Below, in pieces: positions 46,416 to 55,791 of a stretch of 64,000 bases of DNA. Source of the stretch: Oligoflexia bacterium (lineage in GTDB: Bacteria; Bdellovibrionota; UBA1018); assembly GCA_014376785.1 (NCBI GenBank), contig JACMQW010000014.1:9640-73639 (forward strand), given 5' to 3'. The translations under genes were made by a program, and so were the position numbers. Every line of letters begins with the position of its first letter. The first letter of the stretch is position 1. The notes beneath the pieces were generated by a model, which worked only from the letters and a program-made list of their open reading frames with translations, ran no database searches and was not told where the DNA came from.

Positions 46416-47843
46416 CTACTTTTCTTCGGCTTCGCAGGCAGTCAGCGTTTGATCCAGTAACGAAGTGGACGCACTCACGGGCGCGTCACTAGCCCAGTCG
46501 ATCGAAACTTTCATTTTTCCCGTTCTTCGGAACTCGGAAGGACTGAAATCGATCGTCCCTTCAACTTCTCGCGTAGCGTCTTCCGGAACGGAGATTTTCT
46601 GTTTCAAATCTTCTGTAATGCCTTCGACTGATTCCCAATAGGGAATAGTGATTTTTACTGAAACGGCTTTTGCTCCGCGATCTTTAAACCGAGCCGCCCA
46701 CAGGCTTGACTTCCGAATGCACACCGGCGCGAGCGTCACTCCCGGAGCACCGGCACCCCCGCTGGTTTTTACGGGTTTCCAATCAAACACGGAATCGAAG
46801 TCGTTTTCGACTTTGTCTTTAGACTGGGCAGAAACTTCTTCCAGTACCTTTTCCCAGACCCGCTTCACTCGCACGGTCTCGAGCATTTTCAGTTTCGCCG
46901 AATCGGATCGCTTCGAACAGCCCGCGGCTAGTTCAGGGGCGGAGGTTAATTTCGCGTGAAGCGGAAGGCATGCGAGGTTTGAGCCGAGGCGAAGCGATGA
47001 TGCCAACAACGCAGATTGAGATACCGACTGCGTGCTCGCTGGATTTTTCTCGAATTTACCCTGGATGAGTCCCCGCACATGCCCCGATGCATCGGTGAGC
47101 GGCGCGCCCGAGTTTCCTGGTCGTATTTCACAGCCGGCGTCGGCTCTGAACGTCATCAGCGGACTCAGAGGGTCGTTACTCTCGGGCAGTGCAAACGTTC
47201 CGAAAGCCGACTGACATTTCGCCACTCTGAGCACCCCGGCAAGGTGATCTTGTTCTACGAAGGGATCGACCTTATCGACTCGGTAAATGGCCGATTTCTC
47301 AAATCCCTCGCCCGACATCTGTAGCACGGGGCGTTTTGGTTTTTCGCGAAGGCGGAAGAAGGCGTAATCCGGATTCGCATCTCCGCCTTCTTCTTTGAAG
47401 GACGTTTGGATCACTTCCGAGCACTCCGCCCTCTCTGCGATAAATCCAGTCACATCAGGGAAAAAAAGAAAAATTCGGCCGCGACAATCTTTGCCCTCGG
47501 CTCGAAGATCATTCGGAATGCAGTGACTGTTCGTCATCGCGATTCCGTCACCGACGAGTGAGGCCGTACAGGATTCAGTGGCTTTCTCTTCGACGCCGAC
47601 AAACATTGCGATCGACGGGTTACAGTCTTCAACTTCGCAACTCACGACGGTTTTTTCAGCTCGATCACGACTCTTTTTTAAATTTTCAGCCCGCAGTTTA
47701 TCTGCTCGCTTGTTTGGGTGGTGATTCCAACGACCACAGGAGGTGGATGCGAGAAGACAAAGGCTTAAGGTCACCAAACCGAAAAGTTGTCGTTCAGCCA
47801 TTCGCTGAGAAAGTCGCAGTGCCATGAGGAAGTCTCCAGGCAC
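46416..47843 (-). CDS. Trypsin-like (S1 family) serine peptidase, probable lipoprotein
   Basis: N-terminal hydrophobic segment ending ...LLASTSC. His-site-like TNSHC and Ser-site-like GNSGAPL motifs. 475 aa. Confidence 0.55.
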   Translation of the reverse strand: MPGDFLMALRLSQRMAERQLFGLVTLSLCLLASTSCGRWNHHPNKRADKLRAENLKKSRDRAEKTVVSCEVEDCNPSIAMFVGVEEKATESCTASLVGDGIAMTNSHCIPNDLRAEGKDCRGRIFLFFPDVTGFIAERAECSEVIQTSFKEEGGDANPDYAFFRLREKPKRPVLQMSGEGFEKSAIYRVDKVDPFVEQDHLAGVLRVAKCQSAFGTFALPESNDPLSPLMTFRADAGCEIRPGNSGAPLTDASGHVRGLIQGKFEKNPASTQSVSQSALLASSLRLGSNLACLPLHAKLTSAPELAAGCSKRSDSAKLKMLETVRVKRVWEKVLEEVSAQSKDKVENDFDSVFDWKPVKTSGGAGAPGVTLAPVCIRKSSLWAARFKDRGAKAVSVKITIPYWESVEGITEDLKQKISVPEDATREVEGTIDFSPSEFRRTGKMKVSIDWASDAPVSASTSLLDQTLTACEAEEK

Positions 47844-47892
47844 CTCTGATATCGCAATGCGTTAAAATATGCGAACCCTTTTCAGCGGGAGT

Positions 47893-48756
47893 TCATTTCT
47901 GCCGAGTAGGCACCCAGGCTGTCGTACGGCCCCCGACCGTATCGTGAGTAATCTTTTCTTTTCGGTGGGTTACGGCCTCTTTCGCTTTTCCCCATCGATA
48001 GTGAAAGAGCCACGATGCCGGGTAATGGTCGTAGTCCGCCCCCACACTCACAGCTTTTCGAATGATCGAGAGAAGCTTTGTTCGGAGGGCTCCGACCTCG
48101 ACCGCTTTCAGTGATGAAGCCAGCCGATGAGGAGAGATTCCGGATTGGAAGAGGACTTCGTCAGCGATCCAGTTTCCCACTCCCGCAAAGAGACCTTGGT
48201 CCAGGAGCACTGCCTTAATCGGCGCACGCCTTTTTTCGAGGATCTCTCCGAGCTTCAGAGCCGTCGGGAATTTTAAGAGAGGATCGAATCCCAGTTTTGA
48301 GATGGGGGCTTCGTTTTCCGGATCTTCGGCGAGCCGAATCCGCCCGAATCTCCGAGGGTCGGTGAAAGCCACTTCGCTTCCGTCTTTCGTGACGATTCGT
48401 AAACGGCAGTAAGGGAGAATGCGGGTTTCTTTATTTCGAGCGCGAGCCGCTTCCCAGTGCTTCGGCCCCCCCCAAGCTTTCACGAATCCTTTTTTAGTCG
48501 AAACTTCGAGGTCTCCGGTCATCCCGAGGTGGAAAACGGGCCAGGGCTTCCGATCGAGCTTCAACCAAAGGTATTTTCCCTTTCGCGCGCTGCCGAGAAC
48601 TTTAGCTCCTTCGAGAGCCGCTTTTACTTCTTCGGCCGATGCTTGATCGAAAACGATGTGATCGTCGAAATCAGGAATCACCTCAGCGATGACTTTTCCT
48701 TTAAGTGCTTTTTCTATCCGGCGACGGGAGGTTTCGACTTCTGGAAGTTCAGGCAT
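47893..48756 (-). CDS. Fpg/Nei-family DNA glycosylase lacking the C-terminal Cys4 zinc finger
   Basis: N-terminal MPELPEVE (catalytic Pro2/Glu3), an H2TH region, and a C-terminal 40 aa with no CxxC pairs (...HRKEKITHDTVGGRTTAWVPTRQK). Confidence 0.8.
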   Translation of the reverse strand: MPELPEVETSRRRIEKALKGKVIAEVIPDFDDHIVFDQASAEEVKAALEGAKVLGSARKGKYLWLKLDRKPWPVFHLGMTGDLEVSTKKGFVKAWGGPKHWEAARARNKETRILPYCRLRIVTKDGSEVAFTDPRRFGRIRLAEDPENEAPISKLGFDPLLKFPTALKLGEILEKRRAPIKAVLLDQGLFAGVGNWIADEVLFQSGISPHRLASSLKAVEVGALRTKLLSIIRKAVSVGADYDHYPASWLFHYRWGKAKEAVTHRKEKITHDTVGGRTTAWVPTRQK

Positions 48757-48768
48757 TTGCGCCTGACG

Positions 48769-49635
48769 CTATTCCGCTAGACCGCGAAGGTAAATACGTT
48801 TTAGGTCATGAATGGAATTATTCATTCGCTCGATCTTCGCCCGATGACTCTTTCCGCCGCTAAATTTGCGAGCTTCGGCGTATCCTCCATTGAAGCAATA
48901 CGCTGAGTGAGTAATGAGGCATTCTCTCCTCACTTCGAGGTCTTGGACTAGCAGCGTGCCAATGAGTGGATTTCGAAGCAGCCATGATTTTCGGATTCGG
49001 CCGGTAGACCGGACAATCCCGAGATAAACGGCCTTCTTCTTTTCTAAATCGGGATCATTCCGCTTCGGCGCTTCAAATCCTGCCAGAGTGGCGGACCAAG
49101 CCAGTAAATCAGCTTCGGTGATTTCCGTTCCTAAAGCATCCCGCACTTTATCCGTTGCTTCTTTGTATTCGTCATCACTGTAGTTGGCGACCTGTCCGGC
49201 AGCGATTCCGACCTGCCAAATATTGCTTTTGCAGTTAAAGTTCCAGATGTCCGACCGCGTTTTATCTCCATTGCTCGTGTGGCAATTCGAATAGCGGAAA
49301 ACATCTTCTCCGGGTTTCTCGAGGTTTCCTTCTCGAAGGGCCCACCACGATGCGCGAGCGGCGGACGTTGCCTGCTCATCCCGAGTGCCGGGTAAGAAAG
49401 GAAAAACACAGCGTCCGTACCACTGAATGTGTTTCGATTCGATTTCGTTCAGAACATGGCCGTTCACGGTCATTTTCCTTGCCGGTTCGTTGAGCACCGG
49501 AGAATAGCAGTCCCGAAGCAGTCGCTTCATCGCTAATTTCGACGCAAAACTTGCGGTCGGGAAGATCGAGGTGAACAGCAGCGCAAGACCTGCGCAAATC
49601 TGTGGAATTCGATGGTGGGTCATTTTCGAGTTCAT
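48769..49635 (-). CDS. Secreted hypothetical protein
   Basis: N-terminal hydrophobic signal (ICAGLALLFTSIFPTASFA). 288 aa. No confident domain. Confidence 0.45.
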   Translation of the reverse strand: MNSKMTHHRIPQICAGLALLFTSIFPTASFASKLAMKRLLRDCYSPVLNEPARKMTVNGHVLNEIESKHIQWYGRCVFPFLPGTRDEQATSAARASWWALREGNLEKPGEDVFRYSNCHTSNGDKTRSDIWNFNCKSNIWQVGIAAGQVANYSDDEYKEATDKVRDALGTEITEADLLAWSATLAGFEAPKRNDPDLEKKKAVYLGIVRSTGRIRKSWLLRNPLIGTLLVQDLEVRRECLITHSAYCFNGGYAEARKFSGGKSHRAKIERMNNSIHDLKRIYLRGLAE

Positions 49636-49846
49636 GATGTTTTTCCAGGTGAGAGGTCCAAGAGACGTCTACTTATACCCTAGTTTAATGCGTCGTGTCA
49701 CGTCTTTTATTGATGCCTAACCCTATGATATAAAAGGGATTAATTTTAATTAAGAACGAAAAATGGAAAAATCTACAGGTATTTGGCTAAAATCTCCTTT
49801 CAGGACTTCCTTCCTCCTAAACTTCCTCCCCCTCAGGTGTCTGACT

Positions 49847-50254
49847 ATGGTTAAAATGGCGGCGACTTATACCGGTGAACTTCATTGTGAGGTGGTCCAT
49901 GCCCCGAGCGGCTCTCGCCTCGCCACAGACGCTCCGAAAGACAATCAGGGAAAAGGGGAAGCATTCTCTCCGACCGATTTAGTGGGGGCTGCCCTAGCGA
50001 GTTGCATCCTCACGACGCTAGCGATCGTTGCAAAACGCGATTCCATTGCTTTCGAGGGAGCATCTGCCGAAGTCGAAAAAGAGATGGCCTCGAGCTCCCC
50101 GAGGCGAATCGAATCTTTGAAATTGAAAATTACTTTACCGACATCTATTCCGGCCGACTACCGATCGAAAATAGAACACGTTGCCCACTCCTGTCCGGTC
50201 AGCAAAAGCCTTCACCCCGAATTGAAAATTCCGATCGAATTCATTTACGTCTAA
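49847..50254 (+). CDS. OsmC/Ohr-family peroxiredoxin-like protein
   Basis: ALASCILTTLAIVAKRD and a C-terminal HSCPVSKSL motif. Start set at the internal MVKMAATY (49847) for a size of about 135 aa. Confidence 0.75.
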   Translation: MVKMAATYTGELHCEVVHAPSGSRLATDAPKDNQGKGEAFSPTDLVGAALASCILTTLAIVAKRDSIAFEGASAEVEKEMASSSPRRIESLKLKITLPTSIPADYRSKIEHVAHSCPVSKSLHPELKIPIEFIYV

Positions 50255-50263
50255 AATCCCGCG

Positions 50264-51670
50264 ATGAGTATTTCACCGACGAACCGTAAAATGCTCTGGA
50301 TCGTGGCGATTGGGTTTTTTATGGAAACCCTCGACTCTACGATCGTAAACACCGCTTTACCGAACATGGCGCATTCGCTGGGCGAAAGCCCGCTGTCCAT
50401 GCATTCGGTGATTATTTCGTATTCGCTCACCCTCGCTATCCTCATTCCGGCATCGGGGTGGGTCGCCGATCGATTCGGAATCCGAAAGACGTTTGTCGCC
50501 GCGATCTCGATCTTCAGCTTCGGTTCGATTCTCTGCGCCTTAGCTCCCACGCTGAGTCTACTCATCACCGCCCGGGTCATCCAAGGAATCGGCGGCTCGA
50601 TGCTCATGCCGGTGGGACGACTTTCGATTTTGCGCGTCTTTCCCCAAACCCAGTTTCTCGAAGCGATGAGTTTCGTTGCGGTCCCGGCTCTCATCGGACC
50701 CCTCATCGGACCGACGCTCGGTGGTTTCATCGTCGAAATCTCGAGCTGGCATTGGATCTTTTTGATCAATATTCCCGTGGGACTGGTGGGCATTTACGCG
50801 ACCTTAAAACACATGCCCGTCATTCCCACATTCCGCGTCGCCGCTTTCGACTTCAAGGGATTTGGATTTTTGGCGGTCATGATGATCGCCATTTCGCTCG
50901 CGCTGGAAGGCGTATCGGATTTCGGTTTCGCCCATGCGACAGTCCTGCTCTTAGTGGTTTTAGGATTTGCGGCACTCACTGCCTATGCGCTTCATGCGTC
51001 CCGAGATCCCCGCGCCCTCTTCCACCTAGACCTTCTTCGGACTCGCTCCTTTTCGATCGGACTTCTAGGAAATCTTTTCTCCCGGGTCGGCAGCGCCGCT
51101 ATGCCTTTTCTCATTCCGCTCCTGCTCCAAATGAATTTGGGCTACACGCCGGTGCAGGCGGGCTCAACGATGATTCCGATCGCGGCCGCCGCCATTCTTT
51201 GCCGAAGATTCGCCACCCCATTCATTACGCGCATCGGATACCGTCGTTTCCTGATCGCAAATACGTGGATCCTCGGCGCGAGTATCATGAGCCTGGCCTT
51301 TATCTCTCCTCGCGAACCCGCGTGGCTTCGTCTCATTCAGCTGGTTATTTTCGGAACGGTGAACTCGCTCCAGTTCTCCGCGATGAATTCCCTCACCTTG
51401 AAAGATCTCGAAGCGAAACATACGGGAAGCGGCAACAGCTTGCTTTCCATGACCCAAATGCTCGCGATGAGTTTCGGGGTCGCGAATGCGGGTGCCCTGC
51501 TCACCACGTTTAACACTTATTTTCTAGCGAATGGACGCACTCCGATCCATGCCTTCCAAGCGACCTTTATCTGCCTCGGCGCGATCACTGCGATGTCGAC
51601 TTTCGTTTATTACCAGCTTGGACGAAACACGCACAACCAGCCGAAAGCCGCTGTTCCCGACTCGCTTTAG
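50264..51670 (+). CDS. MFS drug:H+ antiporter of the DHA2 (EmrB/QacA) type, 14 TM
   Basis: N-terminal LWIVAIGFFMETLDSTIVNTALPNMAHSLG signature. 468 aa. Confidence 0.8.
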   Translation: MSISPTNRKMLWIVAIGFFMETLDSTIVNTALPNMAHSLGESPLSMHSVIISYSLTLAILIPASGWVADRFGIRKTFVAAISIFSFGSILCALAPTLSLLITARVIQGIGGSMLMPVGRLSILRVFPQTQFLEAMSFVAVPALIGPLIGPTLGGFIVEISSWHWIFLINIPVGLVGIYATLKHMPVIPTFRVAAFDFKGFGFLAVMMIAISLALEGVSDFGFAHATVLLLVVLGFAALTAYALHASRDPRALFHLDLLRTRSFSIGLLGNLFSRVGSAAMPFLIPLLLQMNLGYTPVQAGSTMIPIAAAAILCRRFATPFITRIGYRRFLIANTWILGASIMSLAFISPREPAWLRLIQLVIFGTVNSLQFSAMNSLTLKDLEAKHTGSGNSLLSMTQMLAMSFGVANAGALLTTFNTYFLANGRTPIHAFQATFICLGAITAMSTFVYYQLGRNTHNQPKAAVPDSL

Positions 51671-51674
51671 GTTT

Positions 51675-53300
51675 TCACCACTCTGTCGGAAAGTAATCTT
51701 TCAAAAAATTTCCCCAGGAATGCTTCCCACTGAGCATGCCCGAGAAGAAAGGATCACAAATCCGCGCGGCCCCATCTACGATATCGAGCGGTGGCTGGAA
51801 ATCATGGGCCTGCTGTTTTTTCGATGAAAGTTCTGCCGGGTCTTCGTCGGTCACCCATCCGGTATCGACCGCATTCATAAAAATTCCGTCTTTTGCATAA
51901 TCTCGTGCGGAAGTGAGCGTCATCATGTTCAGGGCGGCTTTCGCCATATTCGTGTGAGGATGCTTATCGGTCTTCGTGTGCCGAGAAAATTTTCCTTCCA
52001 TCGCAGAGACGTTCACGATGTGTTTCTCGCCCGTGGAGTCCTTTAGCATCAGCGGCTTTAACTTCGCGCAAAGAATGAATGGTGCGACGGAGTTCACGAG
52101 TTGGACCTCGAGCATCTCCGCCGTCGGAACATCCGCCAGCGCCATTCTCCAGCTATTCATTTTTCGTTCATCGACCTGCTGGAGATCCGCATCCAGTCGA
52201 CCGGCCGGGAAAAGAGTTTCAACCTCCGGCTCGTCACACGCGTAAGGAATCTGTGAAAGAGCGGCCGAATCCGTTAATCCCGGAACCGATTGCAATTTAC
52301 CCACATGCCATTCGGACAACCACTCGATTTTTCCCGGTTGGTTCTCAGTCGCAGACCGCGGAGCGATGCCCGTTAACAAATGCTTAAGTTCTTCGTGCCC
52401 TTTTAAAATCGACTGGGCCGCGGCGGGCAGAGCCGTCACCGGGGAACTTTCTATTTCCATGAGATGAGAATAAAAACCAGGAGGACGTCGGACGGTTTGC
52501 GCAGCATTATTGATCAAAATATCCAAGCGGTCGTAAGTCTGATTCACCCACTGCGTGAAGGCCTCGACGCTCGGAGAGTGCCGGAGATCTAACCCGTGCA
52601 CTTGGATGCGGTCAGCAAAGTCGGCGTAATCTTTTTCTCGACTGAAACGAATCGCAGCATCGTGGGGAAAGCGAGTGGTGACCAGAACTCTTGCACCTGC
52701 CCGCAAAAGCATGAGTGCCGCTTGATAACCAATTTTCAAACGAGCACCCGTGATGATCGCTACTCGCCCCTGGAGCGAAGCCGTTTGGAAACGCTTCTCA
52801 TAATTAAACGGTGCGCACGTAGGGCACATCGAGTCGTAGAAAAAGTGGACTTGGGTGAAAGCGGTTTTACAAACGTAACACTCCCGAGGTCGCTGAAGAT
52901 GGCCCACGGTCGCCATTTCCGAACTCGAGACTTCCAAAGCGTGGACGACTCTCGGAGGAGGAATGAACAAAGAATGCTGACGAGCTGCTCGAATGGCGGT
53001 GGCAGCCCGGACGGTGCGGTCTTTATTTGCGAGCTTTTCTTTTTTGTCGGAACGCATGGCCTTGATGCGTCTCCGGACTTGAACACGGTCAGGATAAATG
53101 ACTTTTCCAGCGGCCATGAAAAGTCGAACGCGCTCCTCATCTGAAATTTGAGAGAGTAAAAGGGCGTCGGCCGCGACGTGTTCTAAAACTTCTCGGCACC
53201 GTGCGAGATCGGCCACGCTAATTTTTGGTACTTCCTTCTCGGACATGCGACCTGAATACCACGAATTTTCTGCTTGAGAACAAGGAGCGCAGCGCTTCAT
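51675..53300 (-). CDS. Short-chain dehydrogenase/reductase domain fused to an N-terminal domain of about 180 aa that contains a four-Cys cluster
   Basis: SDR glycine motif VAIITGARLKIGYQAALMLLRAGARVLVTTRF. The N-terminal CYVCKTAF...CPTCAP suggests a zinc-ribbon-like element. Confidence 0.65.
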   Translation of the reverse strand: MKRCAPCSQAENSWYSGRMSEKEVPKISVADLARCREVLEHVAADALLLSQISDEERVRLFMAAGKVIYPDRVQVRRRIKAMRSDKKEKLANKDRTVRAATAIRAARQHSLFIPPPRVVHALEVSSSEMATVGHLQRPRECYVCKTAFTQVHFFYDSMCPTCAPFNYEKRFQTASLQGRVAIITGARLKIGYQAALMLLRAGARVLVTTRFPHDAAIRFSREKDYADFADRIQVHGLDLRHSPSVEAFTQWVNQTYDRLDILINNAAQTVRRPPGFYSHLMEIESSPVTALPAAAQSILKGHEELKHLLTGIAPRSATENQPGKIEWLSEWHVGKLQSVPGLTDSAALSQIPYACDEPEVETLFPAGRLDADLQQVDERKMNSWRMALADVPTAEMLEVQLVNSVAPFILCAKLKPLMLKDSTGEKHIVNVSAMEGKFSRHTKTDKHPHTNMAKAALNMMTLTSARDYAKDGIFMNAVDTGWVTDEDPAELSSKKQQAHDFQPPLDIVDGAARICDPFFSGMLSGKHSWGNFLKDYFPTEW

Positions 53301-53535
53301 TCGCGGTGGAAATCACGTGGTGATTCTAGGGGCCTCTATCTCCATTAAACGCGACCAAAACGTCAATAGGCGAAATTCCGGCGTATGTACGAGGTTTTAA
53401 GCGTACTACACGATAAAGGTACCTATCGGAGGCTCCGCCTGCTAGGCTAGCGAAGTTAGTTCAGTTTGCTTCTTCCGAGTCTGCGGGCATGGTGCCCATA
53501 TCCTCTTGAGTGGCTCCCAGCCTTTAGGAGGTTTT

Positions 53536-53826
53536 ATGGGTAAGAAATTATACGTTGGCAATCTGCCATTTTCCGCAACCGACCAAATCCTAGCCGACAC
53601 TTTCGCTCAATGCGGAACGGTCGAGTCTTCGAAAATCATCACGGACCGCGACACCGGCCGTTCGAAAGGTTTCGGCTTCGTCGAAATGAGTTCGGACGCT
53701 GAAGCAGCGAACGCGATTTCGAAATTCAACGGCGCTGACTTCGACGGTCGCGCTATGACGGTCAACGAAGCGAAGCCGATGGCTCCGCGCGAAGATCGTG
53801 GCGGCGGTCGCGGTAATCGCTACTAA
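53536..53826 (+). CDS. RRM-type RNA-binding protein (glycine/arginine-rich tail)
   Basis: RNP-2 LYVGNL and RNP-1 KGFGFVEM motifs, a C-terminal RGGGRG tail, and a strong AGGAGG ribosome-binding site 7 nt upstream of the ATG. Confidence 0.85.
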   Translation: MGKKLYVGNLPFSATDQILADTFAQCGTVESSKIITDRDTGRSKGFGFVEMSSDAEAANAISKFNGADFDGRAMTVNEAKPMAPREDRGGGRGNRY

Positions 53827-53846
53827 GCCTCGTTACGAATTCTAGA

Positions 53847-53880
53847 GGAGACCGCTCGGTTCGAGCGGTCTCCTTTTTTT
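53847..53880 (+). terminator. Rho-independent terminator after the RRM gene
   Basis: GGAGACCGCTC-GGTTC-GAGCGGTCTCC followed by seven T. Confidence 0.8.
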
Positions 53881-53923
53881 CTTCTGAAGTTCTCGTACCA
53901 CTCTCCCACAAAGGCGAATCACT

Positions 53924-54127
53924 ATGACGTTTCCGACGAAGATGACGACCCCTCCTCCACCGAAAAAAGGCGTGGTCCGTTGCTTCACCTGTCGGGAACG
54001 CACCACCGCTAAAGATGGACTTTGGCATAATACGAAAACTCAGAGCGTCTTTCTTTGTAAAACTTGCGGAGCTCAGGCTCTGGCGGAGGAGCGAAATGGC
54101 CGGAAATCAACGAGCAACGCAGAATAA
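53924..54127 (+). CDS. Small zinc-ribbon protein (67 aa)
   Basis: Two CxxC pairs (CFTCRE...CKTCGA). Overlaps the next small ORF. Confidence 0.35.
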   Translation: MTFPTKMTTPPPPKKGVVRCFTCRERTTAKDGLWHNTKTQSVFLCKTCGAQALAEERNGRKSTSNAE

Positions 54128-54302
54128 GCGCGCACGCGAACGCAATCGCCAGGAAAGCAGCGAAGCCAAGGCTGAAAAACGAAACGCCCGGAAAGAAACG
54201 CGCAAGGAGCGCGATCTTCTGAAGGAATCAGGATCAGACATTGATCCGGATTTAATCGGCATCGTAGCCGGCCCGCAGCCAATTCTCGACGAATCGACCT
54301 AA
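54096..54302 (+). CDS. Small highly basic protein (about 69 aa)
   Basis: MAGNQRATQNKRARERNRQESSEAKAEKRNARKETRKERD..., a Lys/Arg-rich ORF. Start assigned to the internal Met. Confidence 0.3.
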   Translation: MAGNQRATQNKRARERNRQESSEAKAEKRNARKETRKERDLLKESGSDIDPDLIGIVAGPQPILDEST

Positions 54303-54339
54303 TTTATTTCTTTGAGAGATTTGCTTAAGGACTTGAGTC

Positions 54340-55233
54340 ATGGACTACAATGAGATTTCGGTCTTTTTGAGAGTCGTGCAAACGGGAAGTTTCAGCCAAA
54401 CGGCGATTCAACTCGGAATGCCAAAATCGACAGTCAGTCATAAGGTAATGTCGCTTGAAGATCGACTCGGCGTCACTCTCATTCAGAGGACCACGCGAAA
54501 ACTCAACGTCACTTCCGCGGGGATGGCCTATTACGATCGCTGCTTGCAGGGGTTTAAGCAGATCCAAGAAGCCGAAGAAGAAGTCGCCGCTCATCAAGAT
54601 GAGCCCAGGCTACTGCGCATCACCGCTCCCATCGAACTCGGGAGTCGCCTTCTTTCAGATTTGATCTCTCAGTACACGGATCAGTACTCGAAAGTACGAG
54701 TGGAGGTTCTTCTCTCGGATCGCTTGATTGATCTTTTAGCCGAAGGAGTCGACCTTGCGATTCGCGCTGGAGAACTGGAAGATTCAAGTCTGATTGCAAA
54801 ACGAATTGGGGCCGTTACTTTCGCTCCCTACGCTTCTCCTAGCTACCTCGAGAAAAAAGGCAATCCAGACCATCCGACAGATTTGGCTCACCGCGACTGC
54901 CTCAGGTTAACTCCCATGGGTGCCGAGGAATGGTTTCTCACCAACGAGGCCCAGCAACTGACGATTCCTGTCTCGAGCCGGATCATGATCAACGACCTGG
55001 GTACCGTGAAGACCTTACCCGCCCGTGGCCAAGGGGTCGCACTCATTCCGACCTACTTCTGCCAAGCCGAAGTCGATGCGGGGACTTTAGTGAGAATTCT
55101 TCCCGGATGGCATTCGGAAAAAAATCCGATTCATTTCGTCTACCCCTCACAAAGATTTGTGACGCCGAAATTGAGCGCGTCTAACTGCTCTCGCAGGGAA
55201 ACAACTGCGAGAGCAGTTAGACGCCTACCGTAA
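54340..55233 (+). CDS. LysR-family transcriptional regulator
   Basis: N-terminal HTH FLRVVQTGSFSQTAIQLGMPKSTVSHKVMSLEDRLGVTLIQR followed by a LysR substrate-binding domain. Confidence 0.85.
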   Translation: MDYNEISVFLRVVQTGSFSQTAIQLGMPKSTVSHKVMSLEDRLGVTLIQRTTRKLNVTSAGMAYYDRCLQGFKQIQEAEEEVAAHQDEPRLLRITAPIELGSRLLSDLISQYTDQYSKVRVEVLLSDRLIDLLAEGVDLAIRAGELEDSSLIAKRIGAVTFAPYASPSYLEKKGNPDHPTDLAHRDCLRLTPMGAEEWFLTNEAQQLTIPVSSRIMINDLGTVKTLPARGQGVALIPTYFCQAEVDAGTLVRILPGWHSEKNPIHFVYPSQRFVTPKLSASNCSRRETTARAVRRLP

Positions 55234-55674
55234 TTACTGAAGATCTCGTTTTCCGAAAATTTTTGCGTCGAGTGAAACTTTACCCGGAGTCATCGCGATC
55301 ATCAGGATCGCAAATCCGAGGTAGACGAGCGCGATCTCGTAAGAGTGTCCACCGGTCGGGTTAACGAACGGGTCTTTCGTCACAAAAAGGTGGGTGGTCA
55401 CCGCGACTGCCATCGTAAAAAAGATTCCGAGTGAAGCAAGCGGCGTCAGAAAGCCCAAAACCCAAGCAATCCCACCACCGAATTCTGAAAAAGCCGCTAG
55501 AAATTGGAAAACCCCCGGAACGGGCGCGTCGGGCCCCATCCATCCGAAAGGCTGCTGCATTTTTCCCCATCCGTGGAGGAGAAATGCGGTGCCGATGATG
55601 AGTCGGATGAGGAGGAGTGCTACGGACTGGAAGTCCGAATGCGGGATAACTTGGAACCAGCGTTTCAGTTTCAT
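55234..55674 (-). CDS. DoxX-family membrane protein
   Basis: 146 aa with 4 TM and the DoxX N-terminal pattern LLLIRLIIGTAFLLHGWGK. Confidence 0.75.
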   Translation of the reverse strand: MKLKRWFQVIPHSDFQSVALLLIRLIIGTAFLLHGWGKMQQPFGWMGPDAPVPGVFQFLAAFSEFGGGIAWVLGFLTPLASLGIFFTMAVAVTTHLFVTKDPFVNPTGGHSYEIALVYLGFAILMIAMTPGKVSLDAKIFGKRDLQ

Positions 55675-55791
55675 GGAATGTTCCTTGCGAGGTCAGTTGA
55701 ACGTTAAACTTCTTTCTTTCTCCAGTTTCAGATCATTCGTTTCGAGATACAACCGATTTGTCACTTACCCTTACCACTGGAATCTTTCTCT

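Noticed and set aside
50458-51513. 351-aa Arg/His-rich ORF in an alternate frame inside the DHA2 MFS gene
   Set aside because: It is entirely contained within a well-supported transporter CDS. Its composition (RRRHPxR runs) is typical of out-of-frame reading of GC-rich membrane-protein codons.
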